This document shows, piece by piece, positions 35,012-44,114 of a stretch of DNA of 45,088 nt; within the stretch, counting starts at the first letter, position 1, and each line of letters starts with the position of its first letter. Both the position numbers and the translations under genes were made by a program. Source of the DNA: a virus (Duplodnaviria; Caudoviricetes). The notes below the pieces were generated by a model. That model did not search any database. It was not told where the DNA came from and saw nothing but the letters and a program-made list of their open reading frames with translations. Location: IMG/VR virus record IMGVR_UViG_3300016484_000479, positions 1 through 45,088 of that record; one strand, 5' to 3'.

Positions 35012-36510
35012 CAGACACCTCCTGCAAAAATTGCTTCATAAGAGAACGGATCGTAATCGGGCGCCACGGTCGGCTTGGGCACCTCGAGCACCGGCGAGAC
35101 CGGCTCGAACACGGGGAAGGCAAAGGTGCAGGCCAACGCATCGGCCACGTTCGGTGAGGGAACGCCGCGGGTCCGCATCTCCTTCTTACCCTCAAGGATG
35201 ATACACTCCTCGCCACGGAACGGCACCATCGAGTAGTTTGGCGCGCAGAGCTCATCCATGAGCGTCACGTTCTCACCAGTTGGCATAGCGGGGATCGAGC
35301 CGGTCGGCAACCAGCGCCGCATCGCACCCCAAATCTCGGCACGCTTGTTTCGGTAGTGCTCGCCGTGGTTATCGTAATCGTCGGGCGAGGCACCGAACTG
35401 AACGTCGATGACGGGGAGCTGAAGCTGGCGCAGCCGGTCAACCACACCACCGCCGACACCGCCTCCGTCCACCATAATCATTGAGGCATTGTGGCGGGCA
35501 TAAGCTGCTGCCACCTTCCCCGCAAATTGCATGGTGTCGATTGAGTAGTAGACCTCGACTTCCCGCGTGGAGGCATCACGGCCGCACCGGGGGTAGATCA
35601 CGCTGGCATCATCTCCGAATCGGGCAACGTCAACGCCGAGGACAACTGGACCGCGCCCTTCAACCTGCCGGCCGATCGCTTCCTTCGCGAGGTCATAGGC
35701 GATGAAGGATTCGGCATCGACTCGGGGAAACATTCCGCGCACACGAACGCGAACGAAGTCACTGTCCTCGCCATAGTCGTCGATCCACTTCTGCAACTGA
35801 CCCTTGTTTGAAATACGGACCGAGCGGGAGTCGATCGCCTCGGTCTTCCAGCGATGGGCGAACTTGCCGCCAGGGAAGCAGTCCCGGAACCGGCCCTTAT
35901 TCCTCGTAGGGTTCCCGAACGTCATCCAGATGATCTGGGTGTTCTTGTCGGTCAGGGCGCCTTCCGTGACTTCCCAGATAACATCAGGGATGGCTGAGCC
36001 CTCGTCGAAGATCACAAGAATGCGCTTGCCCTGGTTGTGCAAACCAGCGAACGCTTCAGTGTTGCGCTCGGACCAAGGCACCATGTCAATCCGCCACGTG
36101 CGCTCATGGAGCGGATCGTTAGCAAACAGCGCGGTCGCGGTCATCTTGAACAGTTCGCGCGCGATGAAAAGCCGATGCCACTTAGCAACCTCGGCCCAAG
36201 TCTTGGTCTTGAGCTGGTTCTCCGTGTTGGCGGTAACAACGCCTTTAGTGTCCTCGAACGTGCTGATCGCCCACAGGATGATCCAAGCAACCAGCGCAGA
36301 CTTGCCAATTCCATGACCAGAGGTCCGAGCGATAAGGATAGCCTCTTCAATCGTGAGTAGGCCGGCACCCAGGTCGGATAGAACCTTCTCCTGCCACTCT
36401 TGTGGCTCCTCAAACTCCAGTTCCGTCTGCGGCTCGCCCCAAGGGAAAGCCCACAGGACGAAACCTAAGGGGTCACTACTGAAACCCGCAAGTTCTTCGA
36501 TCAGGTCCAT
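35011..36510 (-). CDS. terL: Terminase large subunit
   Basis: SGHGIGKS Walker A, VIFDEG Walker B, LGVDVARFGDD and SPNVADALA nuclease motifs. Confidence 0.95.
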   Translation of the reverse strand: MDLIEELAGFSSDPLGFVLWAFPWGEPQTELEFEEPQEWQEKVLSDLGAGLLTIEEAILIARTSGHGIGKSALVAWIILWAISTFEDTKGVVTANTENQLKTKTWAEVAKWHRLFIARELFKMTATALFANDPLHERTWRIDMVPWSERNTEAFAGLHNQGKRILVIFDEGSAIPDVIWEVTEGALTDKNTQIIWMTFGNPTRNKGRFRDCFPGGKFAHRWKTEAIDSRSVRISNKGQLQKWIDDYGEDSDFVRVRVRGMFPRVDAESFIAYDLAKEAIGRQVEGRGPVVLGVDVARFGDDASVIYPRCGRDASTREVEVYYSIDTMQFAGKVAAAYARHNASMIMVDGGGVGGGVVDRLRQLQLPVIDVQFGASPDDYDNHGEHYRNKRAEIWGAMRRWLPTGSIPAMPTGENVTLMDELCAPNYSMVPFRGEECIILEGKKEMRTRGVPSPNVADALACTFAFPVFEPVSPVLEVPKPTVAPDYDPFSYEAIFAGGV

Positions 36511-36545
36511 TAGCTGGTCTCTTTCGTCCCACGATCATAGCACGG

Positions 36546-37097
36546 TTATTCACCGACTGCAAGCCCACTGTCGATCAGCGATTGTGCCCAGCCGTTGCAG
36601 ACTGTGGAACGCACTTCGTGCTGACGGAGGGCTTCGGCTTCGGCAATGGTGAAACTAACACCGGCACTACCGGCTCCAGTATCACGCGCGGGATCGACAG
36701 GCACGCCGGGGGCAACGGAACCGCTGGCCTCACATCGAGGGGCTTTCCGCACCCTGTCAGCAAGATTGCGGCGGCTGTCAGCGTCAAGATGGCGCGCTTG
36801 TGCATCAGCGGCATCGGCAAGTCCTTTCGATAGCTTTTCAGTGGCGGCGCGGGCTTCAATGGCGAGGCGTTCGGCTTCGGCCTGGGCGGTGACATATGCC
36901 GCCCGTTCTGACACAAGCAGGGCGGTTAGATCAGAAACCTTGGCCCGTTCTGCATTAAGGCCCCGCCAGAGCCAGACAGAAAGGCACAGGGACGCGATTA
37001 GGGCGCATTGCAGGGGGTAACGGCGGGCGAGGCTTAGAAGCGCTCCTAGGGCCTGTTTCAGCCAGCGCCAGAGGCCGAGAAGACGAAGTAGGATCAT
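36546..37097 (-). CDS. Rz-like inner-membrane spanin
   Basis: N-terminal TM, Ala-rich coiled coil, end of lysis cassette. Confidence 0.7.
   Translation of the reverse strand: MILLRLLGLWRWLKQALGALLSLARRYPLQCALIASLCLSVWLWRGLNAERAKVSDLTALLVSERAAYVTAQAEAERLAIEARAATEKLSKGLADAADAQARHLDADSRRNLADRVRKAPRCEASGSVAPGVPVDPARDTGAGSAGVSFTIAEAEALRQHEVRSTVCNGWAQSLIDSGLAVGE
36575..36805 (-). CDS. Rz1-like outer-membrane lipoprotein spanin embedded in Rz
   Basis: MHKRAILTLTAAAILLTG-C lipobox, Pro-rich mature part, alternate frame inside the i-spanin. Confidence 0.72.
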   Translation of the reverse strand: MHKRAILTLTAAAILLTGCGKPLDVRPAVPLPPACLSIPRVILEPVVPVLVSPLPKPKPSVSTKCVPQSATAGHNR

Positions 37098-37222
37098 TTC
37101 TCGCGGTCCTTGAACCCAATCGGTGGTTTCGGGCGCTCGCGCTCATAGTATGACTGCGACCATGAATGCGGGGCACTCTCGTAGCGCCAGTTGCGATTGC
37201 GTGGGTTGTAGTGCCGTTTCAT
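37094..37222 (-). CDS. 42-aa hypothetical protein
   Basis: AGGGG RBS, ATGA overlap with spanin, PPIGF motif. Confidence 0.55.
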   Translation of the reverse strand: MKRHYNPRNRNWRYESAPHSWSQSYYERERPKPPIGFKDREK

Positions 37223-37272
37223 TGTAGCCCCTATCTGGCGGGAGCCGCAGCCCCCGCCAAAAAGTTGGTGGA

Positions 37273-37464
37273 TTAGGTGAAGTTGGCCTTCACTGCCCAC
37301 ATCGCCGCCTGCTCGTAATTCGTGATACCAATCGAGCGCTCCCGGTTATTCGGGACGTTCTCCTTGATGTAGTCGAGAAGCGCTTCAGTGCGCGCCTTGA
37401 TCTCGGCGACTACCTCGCTACCCGAAGGATTGAACGAAGGGATGGTGCTTGCATTGTCAGACAT
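37273..37464 (-). CDS. Acb2/Tad1-hairpin-like small protein
   Basis: FNPSG...NRERSIGITNYEQAAMWAVKA resembles the Tad1 C-terminal helix (SRENACALTHVEEALMW); GGAG RBS. Confidence 0.6.
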   Translation of the reverse strand: MSDNASTIPSFNPSGSEVVAEIKARTEALLDYIKENVPNNRERSIGITNYEQAAMWAVKANFT

Positions 37465-37513
37465 AGGATGCTCCATTTTGTCTGGTTTGCCGCAGAACCG
37501 CGCGGCCCGGATT

Positions 37514-37756
37514 TCATTTGTTTATTTCATCCGGCTTCCCCTGCTTCACAAGCCGCGCACCCGTCGCGGTGCTGAAAATGAACAGCCCGACCACGATGCT
37601 CGCCAGCGGGCGGTATTGCTCAGGCACCATGCCCACCAGCTTTTGCAATTCGGCAGGATATGCGGCGAAGTAGGCCCCGACTACACCCGCCAGCATAGCC
37701 AGCCGGATCGACCACGCCTTCCACAGGTGTTGTGCCCAGTTCTCGATCAGTTTCAT
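37514..37756 (-). CDS. Holin-like membrane protein
   Basis: MKLIENW..LWKAWSIRL, two TM segments, ARLVKQ; directly after endolysin. Confidence 0.75.
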   Translation of the reverse strand: MKLIENWAQHLWKAWSIRLAMLAGVVGAYFAAYPAELQKLVGMVPEQYRPLASIVVGLFIFSTATGARLVKQGKPDEINK

Positions 37757-38151
37757 GGGTAATCCTTCCACGGGAGCTGCCAGTGCGGGCCATCCTTGAA
37801 CGTGCGCCAGTCGCCGCCCCATTCAATCGGCACGCCAACGTCTTTCGCCGCCTGCTTGATGATGGGGGCAAGCTTGAAGTAGGTCGGCCACGCCCATGAT
37901 ACCTGCCCGCCATCAAGCGGCGCGATGTCCACCGCCCGGCTGAAACCATCCGCGCCCGGCAGGTGACGCGACTTCATGGTTTTGGAAGCCCCCTTGGCGA
38001 CAAGCTCTTTCTGCCTTGCCACGGTGCGCAGGACTTCCAGCACGGTGAAGTCAATCGGAGAAAGCACCGCCGCGCGCTTGATGACCTTTTGCAGATCGGG
38101 ATGCGCGCCCGACAGCTTGGCAAGGCTCTTCTCGCTTAGTGTGATACTCAT
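37753..38151 (-). CDS. Endolysin, peptidase M15 family (L-Ala-D-Glu type)
   Basis: LRTVARQ, SRHL...AVDI, WGGDW...DGPHWQL zinc-peptidase motifs. Confidence 0.92.
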   Translation of the reverse strand: MSITLSEKSLAKLSGAHPDLQKVIKRAAVLSPIDFTVLEVLRTVARQKELVAKGASKTMKSRHLPGADGFSRAVDIAPLDGGQVSWAWPTYFKLAPIIKQAAKDVGVPIEWGGDWRTFKDGPHWQLPWKDYP

Positions 38152-38153
38152 AC

Positions 38154-38372
38154 TCACCCCCTGGCCTGTGTGATGGTAAAGCCCGGAACCTTGATCGCGC
38201 CGCCAGCCATGCCGTAGACAGCGGCTATCAGCAGAAGCCACCAGAATATCTTCTTGACCCAGCCGAGAAGACCCTTGCCGACCTCAAGTTGAAAGTCGGC
38301 AAGGAGCTGTTTCTTGAGTTCGGCGACAATGGCCTGAACATCCTCATCGCTAAGTATTCGTTCATCACTCAT
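38154..38372 (-). CDS. Single-TM membrane protein (holin/antiholin candidate)
   Basis: One TM segment, directly upstream of endolysin. Confidence 0.6.
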   Translation of the reverse strand: MSDERILSDEDVQAIVAELKKQLLADFQLEVGKGLLGWVKKIFWWLLLIAAVYGMAGGAIKVPGFTITQARG

Positions 38373-38382
38373 AGGATGCCCC

Positions 38383-40650
38383 TCAAACCGCCAGCGCCGC
38401 CATGGCCTTCCACGTTCCCGGCGTCCCGGCGGCAACGCAGACCCAGCCCGGCACACCCCCTGCCGCAGGCGCGCTGTTCCAAACGATCGCCCCGCGCTGC
38501 CAGGTGCCCGCGACTGGCGCAGCCGCTGCGGCATAGACCGCCCCTTTGGGATCACGCGGATTGAACACATGCTCGCGGAAGAAGCGCTCGAAGTTCTGCG
38601 CGGACAGGTCTTGCGCCAGCGTCGGATAACAGAAGTCCAGCGTCGGCCCGCCCGCCGCTACCGGCCAAATATCGAAGTAACCGAAAGTCGTCCCGGTAAA
38701 GAACCCGTTCACCAGGGCAACGCGCGTCCACTCCCCGGCCTTGAGCGATACCGTGCCACCCGCCGCCATGTTCGAGAACGTGACATTGTAATCAGCATCA
38801 ACCGAAGACCGCAGCAGGATCGCGGCAGCACACAGTTTCGTTCGGTCCAGCGTGCTGCCCGCAGTCATCGCCACGCGCACCGCGTTGGAAGCCGCGCCGC
38901 CCACGCCCGCGCCAAACGTGACGCTCTGATAGGCGACAAGGCCGGGATCGCCGTTGATCGTCGGCCCTGCAGCCAGTCCCCACACGTTGGAGGCATAGCC
39001 AGGGACCGGCGTCTGCGTGTCGGCTGCCGTCGGAAAGCTGCCATCGACCACGAGGTTCGCCGGGCCTGTAACCACCAGCGAGCGCGAAGACTGAATGTGC
39101 TGCGGGATCACGCGCGCCCGGTCGAACTGGCTCCCGTGGCCCCAGGTGCCTTCCCATTCGATCATCGAAGTCCTGTCCGCAGTCGTGCGGATCATGGCCC
39201 CGGTCGAATTGATGAAGGCTAGGCGCGATCGCGTGTCCGCCGTGACAACATCAGTCGCATCGTTGCTGACATGCGAATAATCGACAAACCGCGCCTGCGT
39301 GTCGATCGTCGCATGAATATGCCCGGCCTTGATGGTGTGCCCCATGAACACAGCGGTTCCGCTGCCGGTGCAGGCTTCCGGCGTCAGACAGGTGAAGGTC
39401 TGCGCCTGCACGTTGTTGATGTAGAGCCCGCAGTGCGTCGACGCCTGAACCCGGATATTGCGCCAGTCATTGTATCCCATCGGATTGATGCTGGTTGCCG
39501 CCTGCACCGATCCGAACTTGCACAGGGCAAAATGCACGTTGTCGAAGTTGTTGTTGATCCCGCCGCCAACGGAAGTGCCGCCGTCATGGAAATAATGGCA
39601 GCAGGTCAGCCGCTCGATCTTGATATCGCGGAAGGTCGAATACTGATCGCCTTCGCTGTCCCAGCCAACATTATTGGCAGTGAAGGTTGGATATTCGTCG
39701 CCAATGATTTCCACCCGCTCCATGACGGTCGAAACCAGCCACTTGGTATAGAGCCCCTTGCAGCCGGTGCGCCCCGCCAGGCTGATCGTGAAGCCGTCGA
39801 TCTGGAAATTGCGCAGGCGGTTGACCGGCGAACTGCGGTCGATCTGCATCACCGTCATGTTGTTCGCGCCCGCCTGCAGCGTCGTCTGCAGGAAGTGAAC
39901 GTCTGGCCCATGCTCGGCAAAGACCAGCGGGGTGACGATCGTGCAGTCCACAAAGGGCACAACCAGCGCCGGGTAGCCGCCAGCAGAAGCCAGCGCATAG
40001 GCCGCCATGATGACCGCGCCGTCATCGGCAGTGCCAAGTTCGTCCCATGGGATGACCCATGCCCCGCTTTCGAGATATTCGCGCATGGTGCCCCCGAAGA
40101 TGGAGGCCACAAGGCTCGTCCCCCCGATGCCCGCCAGATCGGCCCTCAGCGCCCCGTCCGACCCCATTCCGGCTGTCACCGTGAGATCGCCTCCCGCATC
40201 AAACACAGGGAACAATCCCGCGCGATCTGAGGCCTGGGGCAACGTGTAACCTTCTTCTCCCGGCGGCACTAACAGTGCCCGACCAACCTGGTCCCCGACT
40301 TGCTGTAAGCCCATGACTGTGAGGTCGAGTTGGTCTTCCACGGTCTGAGGGTAGAAGCCGCCCTGGTTCACGATATCGAGGTCCTGAGTGTAGGGAACAG
40401 TGCGAGTAACGCGGAGGTGATAATCAGCACTAAGTGCCCCCGCGAGGAGGGTGACGGAACCAGCATTCAATCCGATGCCGCTCACAGTATACTCGCCTGC
40501 GGTGTAAGTCTTGGTGACGAGACCCGTCGTGGCGGAAAGCTGTTCCACAACAAGGTGAGCGGCATCGAGGACGCGGAAGGCATAGTCGAACTCATCGGCT
40601 ACGCCATTACCCTCGAAGATCGCTACGTTAGTTTCAGTCTGAACGGTCAT
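38383..40650 (-). CDS. Tailspike/receptor-binding protein with beta-helix depolymerase-like domain
   Basis: N-terminal podovirus anchor (GNGVADEFDYAFRV...DRLT-like DLTVMGLQQ), DDGAVIMAA beta-helix start, C-terminal GTWQRG...GWVCVAAGTPGTW; TAAGGA RBS. Confidence 0.85.
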   Translation of the reverse strand: MTVQTETNVAIFEGNGVADEFDYAFRVLDAAHLVVEQLSATTGLVTKTYTAGEYTVSGIGLNAGSVTLLAGALSADYHLRVTRTVPYTQDLDIVNQGGFYPQTVEDQLDLTVMGLQQVGDQVGRALLVPPGEEGYTLPQASDRAGLFPVFDAGGDLTVTAGMGSDGALRADLAGIGGTSLVASIFGGTMREYLESGAWVIPWDELGTADDGAVIMAAYALASAGGYPALVVPFVDCTIVTPLVFAEHGPDVHFLQTTLQAGANNMTVMQIDRSSPVNRLRNFQIDGFTISLAGRTGCKGLYTKWLVSTVMERVEIIGDEYPTFTANNVGWDSEGDQYSTFRDIKIERLTCCHYFHDGGTSVGGGINNNFDNVHFALCKFGSVQAATSINPMGYNDWRNIRVQASTHCGLYINNVQAQTFTCLTPEACTGSGTAVFMGHTIKAGHIHATIDTQARFVDYSHVSNDATDVVTADTRSRLAFINSTGAMIRTTADRTSMIEWEGTWGHGSQFDRARVIPQHIQSSRSLVVTGPANLVVDGSFPTAADTQTPVPGYASNVWGLAAGPTINGDPGLVAYQSVTFGAGVGGAASNAVRVAMTAGSTLDRTKLCAAAILLRSSVDADYNVTFSNMAAGGTVSLKAGEWTRVALVNGFFTGTTFGYFDIWPVAAGGPTLDFCYPTLAQDLSAQNFERFFREHVFNPRDPKGAVYAAAAAPVAGTWQRGAIVWNSAPAAGGVPGWVCVAAGTPGTWKAMAALAV

Positions 40651-40660
40651 AAGAGATTCC

Positions 40661-42115
40661 TTAATGCCCCGAGTGATTGACGGTCGTCGAGGAAACCGTG
40701 GTCCCTGAGGTGATCTTGCCGAAGCGATTCTTACTCGGACCTCGCGCGTAATCATTCAACTGCGTGATGGGGTCATTCGACAGCCCGCCCACCGGGGGTG
40801 ATGCGCCAGCCTGCCCGCCGAGCAGTGCCTGTGTTGCACTGATCGTGCTTGATCCGCAGGTTTTCGGGTCGCCCGCAACGCCGTTCTGATCAACTCCGAC
40901 ACACTTGCCCAGCCACTCGGCCAGGATGACGGAATCCCATCCGTTCATCCAGTCGAAGTGGAACGTCGAACCCGGCGCGCGCCAGTTCTCTTCCGAAAGG
41001 CCGTGGCGGTCGCTGGAGAGATACCAGTGCTGATAGTCCGCCCATCCGTTATGGGTGAACTCGACCTTGGCCGTGAAGTGCGGAAGCTTCCACCATCCCT
41101 GCGGGCAGATAGCCGTGTTCATGTCAGCGAGCTTGTATATCGCATAACGGAAGTGATCGCGCCCGTTGGGGCTGGTCAGATTGTGGCCGTCCCAGCATGA
41201 TGGGGCCGTGATGTTGGCGAGGAAGAACGTGATGGGGTTGGAGACATCGGGATCGCAGGCCCCCGCCCAGGGGTCGGTGCCATCGGAATTGACCAGAACC
41301 CGGCTGTAAATGTCCGTGCCGGGCCTGTCTTCGGACGCAGTGGGGTTGATCGGAACTGCCGCGTTGTAGGTCGCGCCCTTGTAGCAGGCGAACCCGGTCC
41401 ATCCCTGTAGATAAGCCGCGCGCAGGTGATTACCCGTCTTGTTCCACCCAGCCCCGTCGGGGATTTCCGCCAGCCGCGCTGAGGATGTGGGATCAGACGG
41501 GTTGACGCCGCCAATGAAGGCCAGCCCGCGCGGCAGGCGGTAGATGTAATCAGATTCCGCATAGGTGCCGAGCACGTAGTAGAAGGTCACGATGTCCGGC
41601 TTGATCGGGACATTCACGCCCGGCTTGATCGTCTTGAACATCGTCGGTTCCCAATAGGCAGTGCCCGTCAGGGGGCCGCCAGCGCAGGTCGAACCGGGAT
41701 TGTTCCGCAACGTCGTGTAGGTGGAGTTGTGGTCGGTGTTCTTGTTCCCGATGAAGGTGTGATGGTGCCCGCTGTTAGCCTGTCCATAGAACAGGATGGG
41801 ATCGACCCTGGCGAAATGGCTGAAGTTGCAGGTCAGGCGGAACTTGGCTTCCCCGCCGTCCACCCGGTCCACCGAGCCGGTCAGCCACTGGCTGCGGGTA
41901 TAGTTCCCGTTCTCGTCGATGGCTGCGGGCTCGTAAGCCAGTGCCGGGGGGTCGCCGCCTTGGTTGGCGGTCGAGACTTCCGGCAGGTTGTTGTTGCCGT
42001 CACCAATGACGGGCGGCACGGCCCACACCGGGGTCTGCTCCCCGATGGTCCACGACTGCGCGAAGGCTGTGGAAGGGACAAGCGACAGGAGGAGAAGAAG
42101 GGCAAGGCGAAGCAT
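40661..42115 (-). CDS. DUF1996-like protein with N-terminal signal peptide
   Basis: MLRLALLLLLSLVPSTAFA signal; FRLTCNFSH..VDPI..G..SGHHHTFIGN, AYWEP, PSCWDG, HFDWMNGWD. Confidence 0.75.
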   Translation of the reverse strand: MLRLALLLLLSLVPSTAFAQSWTIGEQTPVWAVPPVIGDGNNNLPEVSTANQGGDPPALAYEPAAIDENGNYTRSQWLTGSVDRVDGGEAKFRLTCNFSHFARVDPILFYGQANSGHHHTFIGNKNTDHNSTYTTLRNNPGSTCAGGPLTGTAYWEPTMFKTIKPGVNVPIKPDIVTFYYVLGTYAESDYIYRLPRGLAFIGGVNPSDPTSSARLAEIPDGAGWNKTGNHLRAAYLQGWTGFACYKGATYNAAVPINPTASEDRPGTDIYSRVLVNSDGTDPWAGACDPDVSNPITFFLANITAPSCWDGHNLTSPNGRDHFRYAIYKLADMNTAICPQGWWKLPHFTAKVEFTHNGWADYQHWYLSSDRHGLSEENWRAPGSTFHFDWMNGWDSVILAEWLGKCVGVDQNGVAGDPKTCGSSTISATQALLGGQAGASPPVGGLSNDPITQLNDYARGPSKNRFGKITSGTTVSSTTVNHSGH

Positions 42116-43551
42116 CAGAGAGTGCCTCCGTAAAGTGATGCGAAGTAGGTGTTGACCTCACCGCGTTCGGTTGCGTCGAGCGCCCGGCCCGGCCAGATCG
42201 CCATCCCGTAAACGCGCCCCGCGAACCAGTTGCTGACCGTGGTGCGCAGCAGGCCACCCAGCGTGACGTTGTTGAGCGTCAGGCTATTGCCCGCGCGGGT
42301 ATAGGCCCTGCGCGTCCCCGCTACGCCGTCCTTGTAGATCGTGATGCCGCTGCCATCGTCCACCATGATAATGACGCGATCCGAGCCATCGAAGGCGCTG
42401 GTATAGTTGCTCAAGGTGCTGGCCATGACATCGACGCCGCTGTTATTTCGGATGTAGTTCGCCGCGTTAGCTTGGTTGCCTGCCAAGTTCTGCGAATAGA
42501 CCGCATTGTAGAACTGGTTGCCGCTGGCCGTGCTGGCGGACCCGACAAGGGTCTTGGTGATACCGTTGGACAGGCTGCGCATGGAAATGGCCACGGTGCA
42601 GCCAGAGGCATTCCACATGCTCAGATCGGCCATGTAGCGCAGGATGTCGTCGGTGCCGTCGAACTCGACCCAGTGGTAGCCACCGGACGTTTTGTAGAGC
42701 GGGCGGGTGCTGCCATTCGATGCAGCGGCCATGTGGTGATCGAGGCTTGAAAGGTCATCCCATCGGCCCACCACCTGCCCGTCCGCCGTCACGGGAGTTG
42801 TGCCGTCGATAAGCTGCCACAGGGTCGCCGTGTCGGATGCATCAACATAGAGTGCAAGGTCGGTCTGCGGGATCGGTAGGCCGCCGGGTAGCATTTCTTC
42901 AGACAGTGTATTTGACCACGCCGTCACACCATTGCGCAGGATGCCTTCCTGCACATCGATCACCTGCCCGGTGGCGAACGGCTCGGCAGCGAACAGCGGC
43001 CAAGGGTAAGCAGCACCGTCGATACCGTAGTCCATCTCGAAATCGCTGTCGTAGAGAACATCGGTTTCGTAAGTCCACGCCCCGCCGTCGATCCGCCAGC
43101 GGCAGCGGATGTAATCGATGTCGATGATGAGGCTGGTGTAATCCGATGACCACGCCATCGGGTTGAATCCGGGGTCACTGGTCTGCGTCAGGACGGGGGC
43201 GTCGGGCGCTTGGCCGTATTCCGTAATAGCGAGGTAAAGACGATAACCCCACGAACCAACTTCTGCGGGGGCGCCGAGGGTTTCGAGAGCCAAAACCATC
43301 CGGGCTTCGTAGCCGCCTTCAGTTGCGTTTGCGACAGTGCTAGCTGCCGCCAATGCCTCAAGAGCCTCAGCGGTCCGCTTCATGTATCCAGGCTGGTTAG
43401 CGTTCGCTGAGGTGCTGGCCCCCGCGAGTGTTTCCGCCGCGAGGGCAATTCGCTTCCAGTAACCCGCTTCCGTCGCATTTGCGGAAGTGCTCGCCCCGGC
43501 ATCGGTCTCAATTTCAGTCGCGATCAGTGCAAGGAGGTTCGGCTGGGTCAC
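42115..43551 (-). CDS. Fibre/adhesin-like protein with 25-aa N-terminal repeats and C-terminal LamG/ConA-like domain
   Basis: LYVDASD...VGRWDDLS...FDGTDDIL...FAGRVYGMAIW. Confidence 0.7.
   Translation of the reverse strand: MTQPNLLALIATEIETDAGASTSANATEAGYWKRIALAAETLAGASTSANANQPGYMKRTAEALEALAAASTVANATEGGYEARMVLALETLGAPAEVGSWGYRLYLAITEYGQAPDAPVLTQTSDPGFNPMAWSSDYTSLIIDIDYIRCRWRIDGGAWTYETDVLYDSDFEMDYGIDGAAYPWPLFAAEPFATGQVIDVQEGILRNGVTAWSNTLSEEMLPGGLPIPQTDLALYVDASDTATLWQLIDGTTPVTADGQVVGRWDDLSSLDHHMAAASNGSTRPLYKTSGGYHWVEFDGTDDILRYMADLSMWNASGCTVAISMRSLSNGITKTLVGSASTASGNQFYNAVYSQNLAGNQANAANYIRNNSGVDVMASTLSNYTSAFDGSDRVIIMVDDGSGITIYKDGVAGTRRAYTRAGNSLTLNNVTLGGLLRTTVSNWFAGRVYGMAIWPGRALDATERGEVNTYFASLYGGTL
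43285..43509 (-). repeat. Three tandem 75-bp (25-aa) coding repeats
   Basis: ETDAGASTSANATEAGYWKRIALAA / ETLAGASTSANANQPGYMKRTAEAL / EALAAASTVANATEGGYEARMVLAL. Confidence 0.8.
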
Positions 43552-44108
43552 TGGCAGGTGCCTTCGATGGTCCGCGCCTGCACCCGCTTCCGGGCCGCCT
43601 CGAGCCGGCCCGCTAGGTCCACGTTGACGTTGACGTTTGTTGAGGATGACTGGGGGCCGTGACCCGTGCGGTCAGCGCCCATCTTGGTTACTTCCATCAG
43701 CTGACCGATTGAGAACTTTTCAGGTTCTTCGGTCAAGCGGGTAGCCAGCTCCTCCGCCGCGTCGGACGCCAGCCCGGACAGCTGCTCGTGCAGGCCGAGA
43801 TACTGCCGGTTCACATCGTCGCGGTAGAAGGTTAGGAGCTCCCGGAACGCCGGGTCGGACTGCAGGATGCTCACCCGCGACAGTTCGTAGCGGCAGATGA
43901 CCGCGGCCTCGCCAGGAGATAGGCCGGAGGCTAGCGCGCGGGCAAGGGCGTGGTGCCGCTCACCGAGCCGCTTAAGCGCCGGTGCCCTGCTTCCCTTCTC
44001 CTCGCCCAGGAGGACCAGGTCGGCCTCCTCCAGCGGCCTTACGGCTCGCGCCTCGACCGGCCTCGCGGCCCGCCCGGTGGTTCGGAAGATGTCAAGGGGC
44101 GCGTTCAT
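43548..44108 (-). CDS. Putative terminase small subunit
   Basis: N-terminal HTH-like segment, helical middle, VNVNVDLAGRLEAARKRV tail; first gene of the late arm. Confidence 0.55.
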   Translation of the reverse strand: MNAPLDIFRTTGRAARPVEARAVRPLEEADLVLLGEEKGSRAPALKRLGERHHALARALASGLSPGEAAVICRYELSRVSILQSDPAFRELLTFYRDDVNRQYLGLHEQLSGLASDAAEELATRLTEEPEKFSIGQLMEVTKMGADRTGHGPQSSSTNVNVNVDLAGRLEAARKRVQARTIEGTCQ

Positions 44109-44114
44109 GCGGCC

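Noticed and set aside
38383-43551. Diversity-generating retroelement, suggested by BPP-1-like virion genes
   Set aside because: No reverse transcriptase motifs and no TR/VR repeat pair seen
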